44,025 nt of DNA from an uncultured Flavobacterium sp. GTDB lineage: Bacteria > Bacteroidota > Bacteroidia > Flavobacteriales > Flavobacteriaceae. The notes under the pieces were generated by a model. The model saw nothing but the letters and a program-made list of their open reading frames with translations. It made no database searches and was not told the origin of the DNA. The DNA lies in NCBI GenBank assembly GCA_964579755.1, contig CAZOHO010000001.1:1-44025 (forward strand), in the 5' to 3' direction. The translations under genes were made by a program, and so were the position numbers. Positions 1-9,181 of the stretch are shown piece by piece (position 1 is the first letter of the stretch; every line of letters begins with the position of its first letter).

Positions 1-2
1 AA

Positions 3-179
3 AAAGAATTGCAACAAAAAGAATCAGATATTGTAAAACCATTAATGGAAAAAGTGAGAGCTTCTATTCAAAAAGTAGGAAAAGCAAAAGGTTTTCAATA
101 CGTATTAGACGGTTCTTCTCTTTTATTAGCTGATGGTCCAAATTTGACTGCTGATGTAAAAAAAGATTTAGGTTTCTAA
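3..179 (+). CDS. ompH: OmpH/Skp family outer-membrane chaperone, C-terminal part (5' truncated by window)
   Basis: Frame from nt 3 reads KELQQKESDIVKPLMEKVRASIQKVGKAKGFQYVLDGSSLLLADGPNLTADVKKDLGF*, a typical OmpH C-terminus. The ompH-murI order is common in Bacteroidota. Confidence 0.85.
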   Translation, partial: KELQQKESDIVKPLMEKVRASIQKVGKAKGFQYVLDGSSLLLADGPNLTADVKKDLGF

Positions 180-201
180 AATAACCCAGATAAAAATACA
201 T

Positions 202-242
202 AAACTGCTCGTTCCTAAAATTAAGGCGAGCAGTTTTTTTTT
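202..242 (+). terminator. Intrinsic terminator after ompH
   Basis: Inverted repeat AAACTGCTCG...CGAGCAGTTT followed by a T-run. Confidence 0.8.
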
Positions 243-282
243 GACACAATATAAAAATATAGGAAATTTAAAATGTAGCTTG

Positions 283-290
283 TAACTTTG
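283..290 (+). promoter_or_regulatory. Bacteroidota -7 promoter box for murI
   Basis: TAACTTTG matches TAnnTTTG and ends 5 nt before the ATG at 296. Confidence 0.6.
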
Positions 291-295
291 TTTCT

Positions 296-1072
296 ATGGA
301 GAATAACCAACCTATCGGAATTTTTGACTCAGGCATTGGAGGCACCTCAATTTGGCAAGAAATACACCAATTACTTCCCAACGAGAAAACCATCTACCTT
401 GCCGACAGTAAAAATGCCCCTTACGGACAAAAAACAAAACAAGAAATTATAGCGTTGAGTATGAAAAACACCGATTTTCTACTCAAAATGAAATGCAAAT
501 TAATCGTTGTTGCTTGCAACACGGCTACTACAAATGCTATCCAAGAATTAAGAGCCAAATATAATGTACCTTTCATTGGCATTGAACCTGCTATAAAACC
601 TGCAGTCAACAATTCAAAAACACAAACTGTTGGAATATTAGCTACCAAAGGAACTCTTAACAGTGAATTATTCCACAAAGCAATCGAAATGTATCAAGAT
701 ACTACAATCGTTGAACAGGTAGGTCACGGTCTAGTTCAACTTATTGAAGGAGGTCAAATCAATTCCCCAGAAATGGATACATTACTTCAATCCTATTTAC
801 AACCAATGATTGAAGCCAATATTGACTATTTAGTATTAGGATGTAGTCACTATCCGTATTTGATTCCCCAAATAAAGAAAATACTACCTAAACACATTCA
901 AATAATAGATTCAGGGCAAGCCGTGGCAAGACAAACGCAAAAAGTACTACAAGAAAAAGTAGGTATTTCTAATTTAAAAACACCTGAACCTGTTTTCTAT
1001 TCCAATACAGACACTAAGGTATTATATGAAATCTTAGAAAGAAAATATAAAGTAGAACAAATAGATTTTTAA
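296..1072 (+). CDS. murI: Glutamate racemase
   Basis: IGIFDSGIGG, DSKNAPYG, VVACNTAT and LGCSHYP catalytic Cys motifs. Confidence 0.97.
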   Translation: MENNQPIGIFDSGIGGTSIWQEIHQLLPNEKTIYLADSKNAPYGQKTKQEIIALSMKNTDFLLKMKCKLIVVACNTATTNAIQELRAKYNVPFIGIEPAIKPAVNNSKTQTVGILATKGTLNSELFHKAIEMYQDTTIVEQVGHGLVQLIEGGQINSPEMDTLLQSYLQPMIEANIDYLVLGCSHYPYLIPQIKKILPKHIQIIDSGQAVARQTQKVLQEKVGISNLKTPEPVFYSNTDTKVLYEILERKYKVEQIDF

Positions 1073-1078
1073 AACAAC

Positions 1079-1594
1079 CTACTCTTCTTTAAACCAATTC
1101 GAATACATCACATAGTTGTTCGAGATACGCTCAATTTCTCCAGCAAAATCAGATTGATTAATTTCTTTTACTTTTTTAGCAGGGACTCCTGCCCAAATCG
1201 TTCCTGACTCCACCACAGTATTTTGAGTAATAACAGAACCTGCCGCAACTATTGAATTACTTTCTATCACACAATTATCCATCACAATAGCTCCCATACC
1301 AATTAAGACGTTATCTTTAATAGTACAACCATGCACAATGGCATTATGGCCAATAGATACATTATTTCCAATAAAAGTAGGATGCTTTTGATAGGTACAA
1401 TGAATAACTGCACCATCTTGAATATTCACTTTATTTCCTATAGCAATAGAATTCACATCACCACGAATAACCGCATTAAACCACACGCTACAGGAATGTC
1501 CAAAAGTTACCTCGCCAACAATAGTTGCATTTTCAGCAACATAACAATCTTCTGGAATTACGGGAGACTTCCCATTAACTGATTTAACTAACAT
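1079..1594 (-). CDS. Gamma-carbonic anhydrase family (hexapeptide repeat) protein
   Basis: VWFNAVIRGD, NIQDGAVIH and IGHNAIVHGC give three metal-binding His, plus hexapeptide repeats. Confidence 0.92.
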   Translation of the reverse strand: MLVKSVNGKSPVIPEDCYVAENATIVGEVTFGHSCSVWFNAVIRGDVNSIAIGNKVNIQDGAVIHCTYQKHPTFIGNNVSIGHNAIVHGCTIKDNVLIGMGAIVMDNCVIESNSIVAAGSVITQNTVVESGTIWAGVPAKKVKEINQSDFAGEIERISNNYVMYSNWFKEE

Positions 1595-1608
1595 GAAATA
1601 ACATAAAA

Positions 1609-2598
1609 TTAATTAATAGCAGGACAATGACAATCATAATGTTCTCTTTTACAAAACAAATCCATTCCCAAAGTTATCTGATGATATCCTCCTGTATCAA
1701 ATAATACAGGTCCTGAGACTTTTGAATAAGTATATGCAATCATGATTTTTTTATAATTGAACCCACAGAAAGGAGTAATATATTGTAATTTCTGACTGGC
1801 AACTCCAGTTGTTGTCAAATATTGGGCTCCTTCAAAACTTCTCCTGTAAGATAAACCTCCCCAAATAGTACCTATGGGTAATTCTTTATGTACTTTAATA
1901 TTAAAATCGACTAATTTTTCTTTTGTCCTATCAATTAATTGGAATAACATAGAAGGCTCCCATAGGAAAGTTTCTTTATTTCCAAAAACATATCCTGTAC
2001 TCAATAAGTATTTTCTTAAATTATTACTTTCAAAATCACTATACAAAGCTCTTCGAGTTTCAATAGCACCTTGAACCGTAGCATGTGCATAAAAATTCAA
2101 GAAATTATAAGACATCCCAAAATCAACATTAAAATAAGAACTCTTTTGAACTTGTCCAAAAACAATCGGGTCATAATCTGTAAAAGTAGTTTCATCCAAT
2201 TGACTTTGAATGAACCCTGCACTCATACCAAAAGACAACTGATTCAAATCAATTTCATCTCTAGAAAACATCAAATGATGGGCATAGGTCAGTTTTACTC
2301 CTTTTTGAGAATGATAGCCGTTTTTATCATTAAAAATAATTATTCCCGCTCCCGATTTTTCTCCAACTCTACTATTAAAACTCACTGTTTGTAACTCTGG
2401 TGCATCTTCTTGACCCAACCATTGTTTACGCCCAGTTAGACGTATCTTATCACAATTGGCAGCACCAGCCATAGACGGATGGATTAAATAATAATTGTCC
2501 GTCAAATAATCTGAGTATACCGGAATTCCTTCTTGGGCATTTGAAGAAAATTGAATTAAGAAAACAAGAAATAAAAATTTTAATTTTGTATACACCAT
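1609..2598 (-). CDS. Type IX secretion system outer-membrane protein, PorP/SprF family
   Basis: Signal peptide ending NAQ, YLIHPSMAG and RKQWLG...APELQT N-terminal PorP/SprF pattern, and alternating beta-strands. Confidence 0.85.
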   Translation of the reverse strand: MVYTKLKFLFLVFLIQFSSNAQEGIPVYSDYLTDNYYLIHPSMAGAANCDKIRLTGRKQWLGQEDAPELQTVSFNSRVGEKSGAGIIIFNDKNGYHSQKGVKLTYAHHLMFSRDEIDLNQLSFGMSAGFIQSQLDETTFTDYDPIVFGQVQKSSYFNVDFGMSYNFLNFYAHATVQGAIETRRALYSDFESNNLRKYLLSTGYVFGNKETFLWEPSMLFQLIDRTKEKLVDFNIKVHKELPIGTIWGGLSYRRSFEGAQYLTTTGVASQKLQYITPFCGFNYKKIMIAYTYSKVSGPVLFDTGGYHQITLGMDLFCKREHYDCHCPAIN

Positions 2599-2657
2599 TT
2601 GCGGTATTTAATTTCTTAAACTAACGTTAATACTATGATAGTATTGTATTTAATTAT

Positions 2658-2665
2658 CAAATATA
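2658..2665 (-). promoter_or_regulatory. -7 promoter box for porP/sprF-family gene
   Basis: Minus strand TATATTTG (TAnnTTTG). Confidence 0.5.
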
Positions 2666-2689
2666 ACGATTCAAAGAAAATAACTTTAG

Positions 2690-2697
2690 TAAATTTG
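2690..2697 (+). promoter_or_regulatory. -7 promoter box for nfu gene
   Basis: TAAATTTG, 16 nt before the ATG. Confidence 0.6.
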
Positions 2698-2713
2698 CAA
2701 AAAAATAAAACTC

Positions 2714-3613
2714 ATGACAAAAGTTACCATAAAAGAAACCCAAAATCCAACTATATTAAAATTTGAATTTCCTGATTTTATCACTCAAAATGAAAATTTC
2801 GAATTCAAAAACATTGATGAGGCGGGAGCTTCTCCTTTAGCACAACAACTTTTTTACTTGCCTTTCGTAAAAACAGTATATATCTCCGGTAATTTTATTG
2901 CGGTTGAACGTTTTAGCATTGTGGAATGGGATGATGTAAAAGAAGCGGTTGCAGAACAAATTGAGAAATTCGTTAATGACGGAGGAATTATCATCAAACA
3001 GGACGAAAACAAAGCAAAAAAACAACCCATCACGGTTTACGGCGAAACCACTCCAAACCCATCTGCTTTAAAATTTGTAGTAAGTCGAATGCTAACTAGA
3101 ACGGCTGTCGAATTTAAAAATATTGATCAAACAGCTTCGTCTCCTTTGGCAAAAGAATTATTCAAATTCCCTTATGTAAAGGAAATTTTTATTGACGAAA
3201 ATTACATTTCAGTTACTAAATATGACATTAATAATTGGGATGAAATTACATTGGAATTAAGAAGTTATATCAAACAGTTTATTGAAAACGGCGGAACAGT
3301 TTTAGAAGAAAATTTTGTTCAAGAAACACTTGTTGAGGAAACTAAAAAAACCGAAGACTTTGACAATCTAGACGTTACTTCACAAAAAATCATCAATATT
3401 TTAGAAGAATACGTAAAACCAGCCGTAGCTGCAGATGGTGGCAATATTGCTTTTGAATCGTATAACGAAGAAGATAAAGTAGTGAAAGTTATTTTACAAG
3501 GTGCGTGCAGCGGATGTCCTTCTTCAACATTTACTTTAAAAAGCGGAATCGAAAGTTTACTTAAAACAATGCTCAATGACGATACAATTATAGTCGAAGC
3601 GGCAAATGCTTAA
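2714..3613 (+). CDS. NifU/Nfu family Fe-S cluster carrier (two Nfu_N domains plus NifU C-terminal domain)
   Basis: Repeated T.NP..LKF / SPLA..LF units and C-terminal VKPAVAADGG...LQGACSGCPSS. Confidence 0.93.
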   Translation: MTKVTIKETQNPTILKFEFPDFITQNENFEFKNIDEAGASPLAQQLFYLPFVKTVYISGNFIAVERFSIVEWDDVKEAVAEQIEKFVNDGGIIIKQDENKAKKQPITVYGETTPNPSALKFVVSRMLTRTAVEFKNIDQTASSPLAKELFKFPYVKEIFIDENYISVTKYDINNWDEITLELRSYIKQFIENGGTVLEENFVQETLVEETKKTEDFDNLDVTSQKIINILEEYVKPAVAADGGNIAFESYNEEDKVVKVILQGACSGCPSSTFTLKSGIESLLKTMLNDDTIIVEAANA

Positions 3614-3625
3614 CCATACAATACC

Positions 3626-3655
3626 AAAGCGTTTCTATACCGAAACGCTTTTTTT
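3626..3655 (+). terminator. Intrinsic terminator after nfu
   Basis: AAAGCGTTTC-tatacc-GAAACGCTTT followed by a T-run. Confidence 0.75.
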
Positions 3656-3667
3656 AGCAACAGAAAA

Positions 3668-5689
3668 ATGAACGAGCTTCACTTAGAAACCAGTCCCTAT
3701 TTATTACAACACGCCAATAATCCAGTCTTTTGGAAAGCTTGGAACAGCACTTCTTTGGCCGAAGCCAAAGAAAAGAACCAACTTATCATTATCAGTATTG
3801 GTTACTCGGCTTGCCATTGGTGTCATGTAATGGAACACGAAAGTTTCGAAAATGAAGCTGTTGCGGCTGTAATGAACGCTCATTTCGTCAATATCAAAGT
3901 AGACCGAGAAGAACGTCCCGACGTGGACGCTGTTTATATGAAAGCGGTGCAAATTATGACAGGTCATGGTGGTTGGCCTTTAAATATTGTCGCATTACCT
4001 GACGGTCGACCAGTTTGGGGAGGCACTTACTTTAGAAAGGACGAATGGACTGATACTTTGGAACAGTTGCAAAAAATGTATCAATTGGCACCTGAAAAAA
4101 TGGTAGACTATGCCGAAAAATTACATCAAGGAATTGAGGCTATTTCTATAATCCAAAATGGCAGTAATGAAAATTCCAATCAGAAATTAGTAGTTGAAAA
4201 TTTAGTTACCAAATGGAAAAAAAGTTTTGATTGGGAATTTGGCGGTATGGCAAGAGCACCTAAATTTATGATGCCCAACAATTACCAATTTTTACTTCGG
4301 TATGCCCATCAAAATCAAGACGCTGAATTGTTGGAATTTGTGAATCTCACTTTGACAAAAATGGGATATGGCGGAATTTTTGACACTGTTGATGGCGGAT
4401 TTTCTCGCTACTCAGTTGATTTAAAATGGCATGTACCGCATTTTGAAAAAATGTTATACGACAATGGACAACTAATTTCATTGTACAGCGACGCATACAA
4501 GTTAACACAAAACCCACTGTATAAAAAAATCATTGAGAAATCATTAGATTTTGTAAAAAAAGAATGGAAAACTACTGAAGGCGGCTTCTTTTCAGCATTG
4601 GATGCTGATAGTTTGAATGACGAAAATCATTTAGAAGAAGGCGCTTTTTATGTTTGGAAAATTCCTCAATTAAAGACAATTCTAAAGGACGATTTTGATT
4701 TATTCAGTCAAGTTTTCAATATTAATTCTTTTGGCTTATGGGAAGAGGAAAATTATGTTTTAATTCAGAACCAAAGTCTTGAAACCATTGCCAAACTCAA
4801 TCAACTTAATACAACTGAATTAGAAACCAAAAAGAAAATCTGGGAGCGACTTCTTTATACCGAAAGAAAAAAACGACCTAAACCACGATTAGATGACAAA
4901 TGCCTAACATCTTGGAACGCGATTATGTTAAAAGGTTATGTTGATGCTTACAAAGCTTTAGGCAACCTAGAATATCTTGATATAGCTTTAGAAAATGCCG
5001 ATTTTATCATCAAAAAGTTTTGGTCAAACGAAGGAAATTTATTTCATAATTTTAAAAATGGCAAAAGTACCATCAATGGCTATTTAGAAGATTATTGCTT
5101 TGTGATTGCGGCTTTTATATCTTTATACGAAGTCACTTTTGAAGAAAAATGGCTCCATGATGCCAAGCAACTAACGGATTATGCCTTAGAACATTTTTAC
5201 GATGAGCAACAAGCATTCTTTAGATTCACTTCGGATAAAGATGAGGCGCTAATCAGCATGCATTTTGAAACGGAAGACAATGTAATTCCTGCATCCAATT
5301 CGGTTATGGCAAAAAATCTACATCAACTCAGTATCTATTTTGACAACTCGTATTACGAAAAAGTAGCCCAACAAATGCTCACTATTCTTTTACCCAATAT
5401 CGATTATCCTTCGGCATATTCCAATTGGTTGGATTTGACCTTGACCATGTCTGAACAAAATAAAGAGTTGGCTATTTGTGGGCCAAATGCAAAAGAAACA
5501 AACAAAATTAGTATGGGCTTGTATTTTCCTAATGTGATTATTGCCGGAACTGAAAAAACATCCCATTTGCCTTTTCTAAAAGATCGTTTTATTGAAGATA
5601 AAACTCTCTTTTATGTTTGTCAAAATAAAACCTGTCAATTGCCTACAGAAGATTTTCAAGAAGTAGTTATCCAACTTTCTTTGAAGTAG
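3668..5689 (+). CDS. YyaL/SPATA20 (DUF255) thioredoxin-like plus alpha/alpha-toroid protein
   Basis: ETSPYLLQHA.NPV, SIGYSACHWCHVMEHESF, KVDREERPD, PHFEKMLYDN. Confidence 0.95.
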   Translation: MNELHLETSPYLLQHANNPVFWKAWNSTSLAEAKEKNQLIIISIGYSACHWCHVMEHESFENEAVAAVMNAHFVNIKVDREERPDVDAVYMKAVQIMTGHGGWPLNIVALPDGRPVWGGTYFRKDEWTDTLEQLQKMYQLAPEKMVDYAEKLHQGIEAISIIQNGSNENSNQKLVVENLVTKWKKSFDWEFGGMARAPKFMMPNNYQFLLRYAHQNQDAELLEFVNLTLTKMGYGGIFDTVDGGFSRYSVDLKWHVPHFEKMLYDNGQLISLYSDAYKLTQNPLYKKIIEKSLDFVKKEWKTTEGGFFSALDADSLNDENHLEEGAFYVWKIPQLKTILKDDFDLFSQVFNINSFGLWEEENYVLIQNQSLETIAKLNQLNTTELETKKKIWERLLYTERKKRPKPRLDDKCLTSWNAIMLKGYVDAYKALGNLEYLDIALENADFIIKKFWSNEGNLFHNFKNGKSTINGYLEDYCFVIAAFISLYEVTFEEKWLHDAKQLTDYALEHFYDEQQAFFRFTSDKDEALISMHFETEDNVIPASNSVMAKNLHQLSIYFDNSYYEKVAQQMLTILLPNIDYPSAYSNWLDLTLTMSEQNKELAICGPNAKETNKISMGLYFPNVIIAGTEKTSHLPFLKDRFIEDKTLFYVCQNKTCQLPTEDFQEVVIQLSLK

Positions 5690-6341
5690 TAATCATAAAA
5701 TCTTTTAAGTAATACGGTTCAAAATATGCAACGTCTTCGAAATCACTGTTTTTAAATTTAGAGAAACTCAAAGCGCTCATCTCTTTTGCCGAAGGGTATT
5801 TTACCTCTTCCAAGAAAACAAAATTAGATTTTACTAGAACCGATTGACATTTATCGGCACAATCTCCAACGAAATAAACCGTTTCGGAAATAATTTCAAA
5901 TGAATTTTCAGTAATCACTTCCGCTTGAATTTCGCGTTGTTTTTCTAATTTAGTATTAAAAATAGCACTGTATACTTCCATTCTTCTTGCGTCGAGCATC
6001 GGAATAATCAATCCTTCAGAAATAGTTGCTTGAGAGGCTAACACTTGCAAAGTATCTACCGCAATCAAAGGAATATTCAACGCATAACACAAACCTTTGG
6101 CTGCGGAAACTCCTATTCGCAATCCAGTATAAGAACCCGGACCTTGACTAACCGCAATGGCTTTTACATCTTGAAAAGTGATTCCAGCTTCTTGTATTAT
6201 TTCTTCAATAAAAACATGCAAACGCTCGGCATGAGAATAGCCTTCTTCTGCAATTTCTTTGCAAATAATGGTTTGGCCTTCTTTTGCTAGAGCTACAGAA
6301 CAATTTTTAGTAGCCGTTTCAATATTTAAAATGTAATTCAA
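5667..6341 (-). CDS. tsaB: tRNA threonylcarbamoyladenosine biosynthesis protein TsaB
   Basis: ILNIETAT, GPGSYTGLRIG, MLDARRMEVY, EPYYLK. TTG start. Confidence 0.95.
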   Translation of the reverse strand: MNYILNIETATKNCSVALAKEGQTIICKEIAEEGYSHAERLHVFIEEIIQEAGITFQDVKAIAVSQGPGSYTGLRIGVSAAKGLCYALNIPLIAVDTLQVLASQATISEGLIIPMLDARRMEVYSAIFNTKLEKQREIQAEVITENSFEIISETVYFVGDCADKCQSVLVKSNFVFLEEVKYPSAKEMSALSFSKFKNSDFEDVAYFEPYYLKDFMITTSKKVG

Positions 6342-6346
6342 GTGAT

Positions 6347-7627
6347 TTACTTCTTATCTAATTTTACTTTTACTTTATCGCCAGAATTTAATTCTTTGGA
6401 AACAGTTGAATAAGGACCTGTAATAATAACATCCCCTTTTTTAAGACCTGTTAACACTTCTATATTGGTGTCGTCCTGAATACCAGTTTTGATTATACGA
6501 ATTTTAGCTTTATTTCCAACTTTTACAAATACGCACTCAAATTTTTTATCGCTTTTCGGAGCTGATTTTTCAGCCTCTGGATCGTCTACTTTTATTTGTT
6601 TTACTGCGGCTGTATCTGATTTTACTACAACAGCACTAATTGGCACTGCTAACACATTCTTTTTGGTTTTAGTAATAATATCAACAGTAGCCGTCATTCC
6701 TGGTCTAAATGGCGAATAAGTTGATGGTTTTCCTTCTAATAAATCTTGATATGATTCTTTTAGGATTCGCACTTTCACTTTAAAATTAGTCACTTGATCG
6801 GCTGTTAAAGCCGAACTTGCTGAATTTGCAATACTCGTAACCACTCCTCTGAATTCTTTTTTCAAATAAGCATCTACTTCTACTTTAGCCTCGTCACCTA
6901 CTTTTATTTTAACAATATCATTTTCATTTACATCTACTTCTACTTCCATATTGTTCAAATTGGCAACTCTTAAAATTTCAGTCCCAGCCATTTGTTGCGT
7001 TCCCAAAACACGTTCTCCTAATTCAACATTAAGTACTGATACCGTTCCATCTGCTGGAGCATAAATAACCGTTCTCCCTAAATTGTCTTTGGCTTCAATT
7101 ACTGTTGCAGAAGCGCTCTTTACATTGAAATATGCCGACTCTTTTGTTGACTTAGCCACCTCAAAAGCAGCAATTGATTTGTCCCAATCTGCTTTAGAAA
7201 TAATTCCTTTTTGAAATAATATTCTGTTTCTTTCATAACTCGCTTTTGCTTCATTAAAACTAGCATCGGCTTGTTGTAATCCTGATTTAGTTCCAGATAG
7301 ATTTGCTTGAGCTCTATTTAAACCAGAGGTATATAAATCTGGGTTGATTTTAACTAAAAGGTCTCCTTTTTTAACAACTTGTCCTTCTTTAATAGGTAAC
7401 TCAATAATTTCACCCGAAACCATAGAGGCAATTTTTACTTCAATTTCAGGTTGAATTTTACCCGTTGCAGAAACGGTTTCAATAATAGTTGTTGCATTAA
7501 CATCAACCGTTTCAATTTCTTTTCCTTCGTCTTTGTTTCCGATTACTCCCGTTTTTGATAGAACGATTAACAAAGTAATTAAAGCTACTGCTGTACCTAT
7601 AGAGATGTATATGGTCTTTTTTGACAT
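6347..7627 (-). CDS. Efflux periplasmic adaptor subunit (MacA/HlyD-like)
   Basis: N-terminal TM, lipoyl-like half motifs (EGQVVKKGDLL, IYAPADGTV), coiled coil, and RPGMTATV. Confidence 0.92.
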   Translation of the reverse strand: MSKKTIYISIGTAVALITLLIVLSKTGVIGNKDEGKEIETVDVNATTIIETVSATGKIQPEIEVKIASMVSGEIIELPIKEGQVVKKGDLLVKINPDLYTSGLNRAQANLSGTKSGLQQADASFNEAKASYERNRILFQKGIISKADWDKSIAAFEVAKSTKESAYFNVKSASATVIEAKDNLGRTVIYAPADGTVSVLNVELGERVLGTQQMAGTEILRVANLNNMEVEVDVNENDIVKIKVGDEAKVEVDAYLKKEFRGVVTSIANSASSALTADQVTNFKVKVRILKESYQDLLEGKPSTYSPFRPGMTATVDIITKTKKNVLAVPISAVVVKSDTAAVKQIKVDDPEAEKSAPKSDKKFECVFVKVGNKAKIRIIKTGIQDDTNIEVLTGLKKGDVIITGPYSTVSKELNSGDKVKVKLDKK

Positions 7628-7633
7628 AATAAA

Positions 7634-8998
7634 TTAGTTTTTAATGATTGGAATTCCAAAATAGAATTCAAGAATTTTAATTTTAAATATATAATCGTAT
7701 TTAGTTCTAAGTACTTCAGATTGAGCGTTTATTAGTAATGTTTGAGCTTGATTATATTCGAAAGAATTCATCAAACCTACGGCAAATTTTTCTTTGGCAT
7801 AATTGTATGCTTCTTGCCTTGCTTCAAGAGAAGAAATTGCTGAAACATTAGCATTTAAAGCCCCTTTGGCATCGGTAAATGCTGCGTAAATAGTACGCTG
7901 TAAATCTAAATTCTGTTGTTCTAAAGCAATTTTTGACTTCTCTAAATTAACTCTGGAACGCTCCACATTATTTTTAGCTGAAAAACCATTAAAAATAGGG
8001 ATTGATAGCTGAGCTCCAAAGGATTGCCCTTTATTATCACTGAACTGGGTCCAAAATGGATTTGATGGTTTTGTAATAATAGAATTCCCTGAAATAGTAG
8101 CTACATCAGCGTATGAGATTCTAGTATTGAATCCGTAAAACCCTTGTATAGTAGGCTGAAAAGCTCCTTTAGCAATTGCTAGATTTTTTTGAGCAATTTC
8201 TAAATTAGTTTGAGCAATTTTAAGAGCTGTTCTAGTTTCTTTTGCTTTGTCTAATATTGCAGACGGTGTTTGAGACAAAATAGCAACACCCTCATTCATA
8301 GAAGTTACATCGATAACATCAAAACTTTCAAAATCTTTTAATTGAAGTAATTGAGCTAAACTCAATTTAGAAATCAACAACGTGTTTTCTGCAGCAACTA
8401 CATTCTGACGATTTAAAGCTAAATTAGCTTTAATGTCTAAAACATCGCCTTTTGGGATTGATCCAGCATTTACTAATTCTGTAGAGCGATTTAATTGTTT
8501 CTCATTGACAGACAATTGCTCTTGTTGCACTTTTAAGTTTTCTTTATTAAAAAGCACTTGTAAAAAAGCATTGGCCACATTCAATGCGATGTCTTCTTGC
8601 ATTTTCAGCAATTGATATTTTGAAGCAATTAGAGCTAAATTAGCTTTTCGCAAATTGTTTTGGTTTTGCAATCCCTTGTAAATATCAATTCCCACATTAG
8701 CTCCAACTGAAGTAAATTGAGTAGTTTGATTTCGTAAAAGACCCGTTGTAATATCCTGATTCAAACCTATATTCCACGAATGATTAGAAGTTGCATTAAT
8801 AGAAGGAAGAAAATTCCCCAAGGCACCCCTTTTATCAATTGTAGCCGTTTGAGTATCTAGCTCAGATTGTTTAATTGAAATGTTATTTTCCAAAGCGTAT
8901 TTTACGCACTCTTCTAAGGTCCATTTTTTAGATTGTGCCTGAGTTGACAATCCAAAAAACAGGATTACAATCAAACTGAAATAACTATTTTTTTTCAT
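7634..8998 (-). CDS. TolC family outer-membrane efflux protein
   Basis: Signal peptide, WTLEECVKYALENN, LSIPIFNGF, and two OEP repeats. Confidence 0.93.
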   Translation of the reverse strand: MKKNSYFSLIVILFFGLSTQAQSKKWTLEECVKYALENNISIKQSELDTQTATIDKRGALGNFLPSINATSNHSWNIGLNQDITTGLLRNQTTQFTSVGANVGIDIYKGLQNQNNLRKANLALIASKYQLLKMQEDIALNVANAFLQVLFNKENLKVQQEQLSVNEKQLNRSTELVNAGSIPKGDVLDIKANLALNRQNVVAAENTLLISKLSLAQLLQLKDFESFDVIDVTSMNEGVAILSQTPSAILDKAKETRTALKIAQTNLEIAQKNLAIAKGAFQPTIQGFYGFNTRISYADVATISGNSIITKPSNPFWTQFSDNKGQSFGAQLSIPIFNGFSAKNNVERSRVNLEKSKIALEQQNLDLQRTIYAAFTDAKGALNANVSAISSLEARQEAYNYAKEKFAVGLMNSFEYNQAQTLLINAQSEVLRTKYDYIFKIKILEFYFGIPIIKN

Positions 8999-9097
8999 AT
9001 ACTTTGAATGAATGTTCTGTAAAGATACTACACAAATTTAAGTTTTCTATTTAAGAATTAAAGCCGAAGCTGTAATTATTTTAGAAACTAAAAACTA

Positions 9098-9126
9098 TTA
9101 GACATCAGAACTTCGCATTTGTTACA
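9098..9126 (-). promoter_or_regulatory. Possible ECF-sigma promoter upstream of tolC
   Basis: Minus strand TGTAAC-N16-TGTCTAA, resembling ECF -35/-10 elements. Confidence 0.4.
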
Positions 9127-9154
9127 ATTACACCTAAAAATATAATTCTTTTAG

Positions 9155-9162
9155 TAATTTTG
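9155..9162 (+). promoter_or_regulatory. -7 promoter box for DUF4403 gene
   Basis: TAATTTTG, 19 nt before the ATG. Confidence 0.55.
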
Positions 9163-9181
9163 CTAGATAAATTCAAATCCA

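Noticed and set aside
64-249. 61-aa minus-strand ORF
   Set aside because: Antisense to the real ompH tail and its terminator, with no motif.
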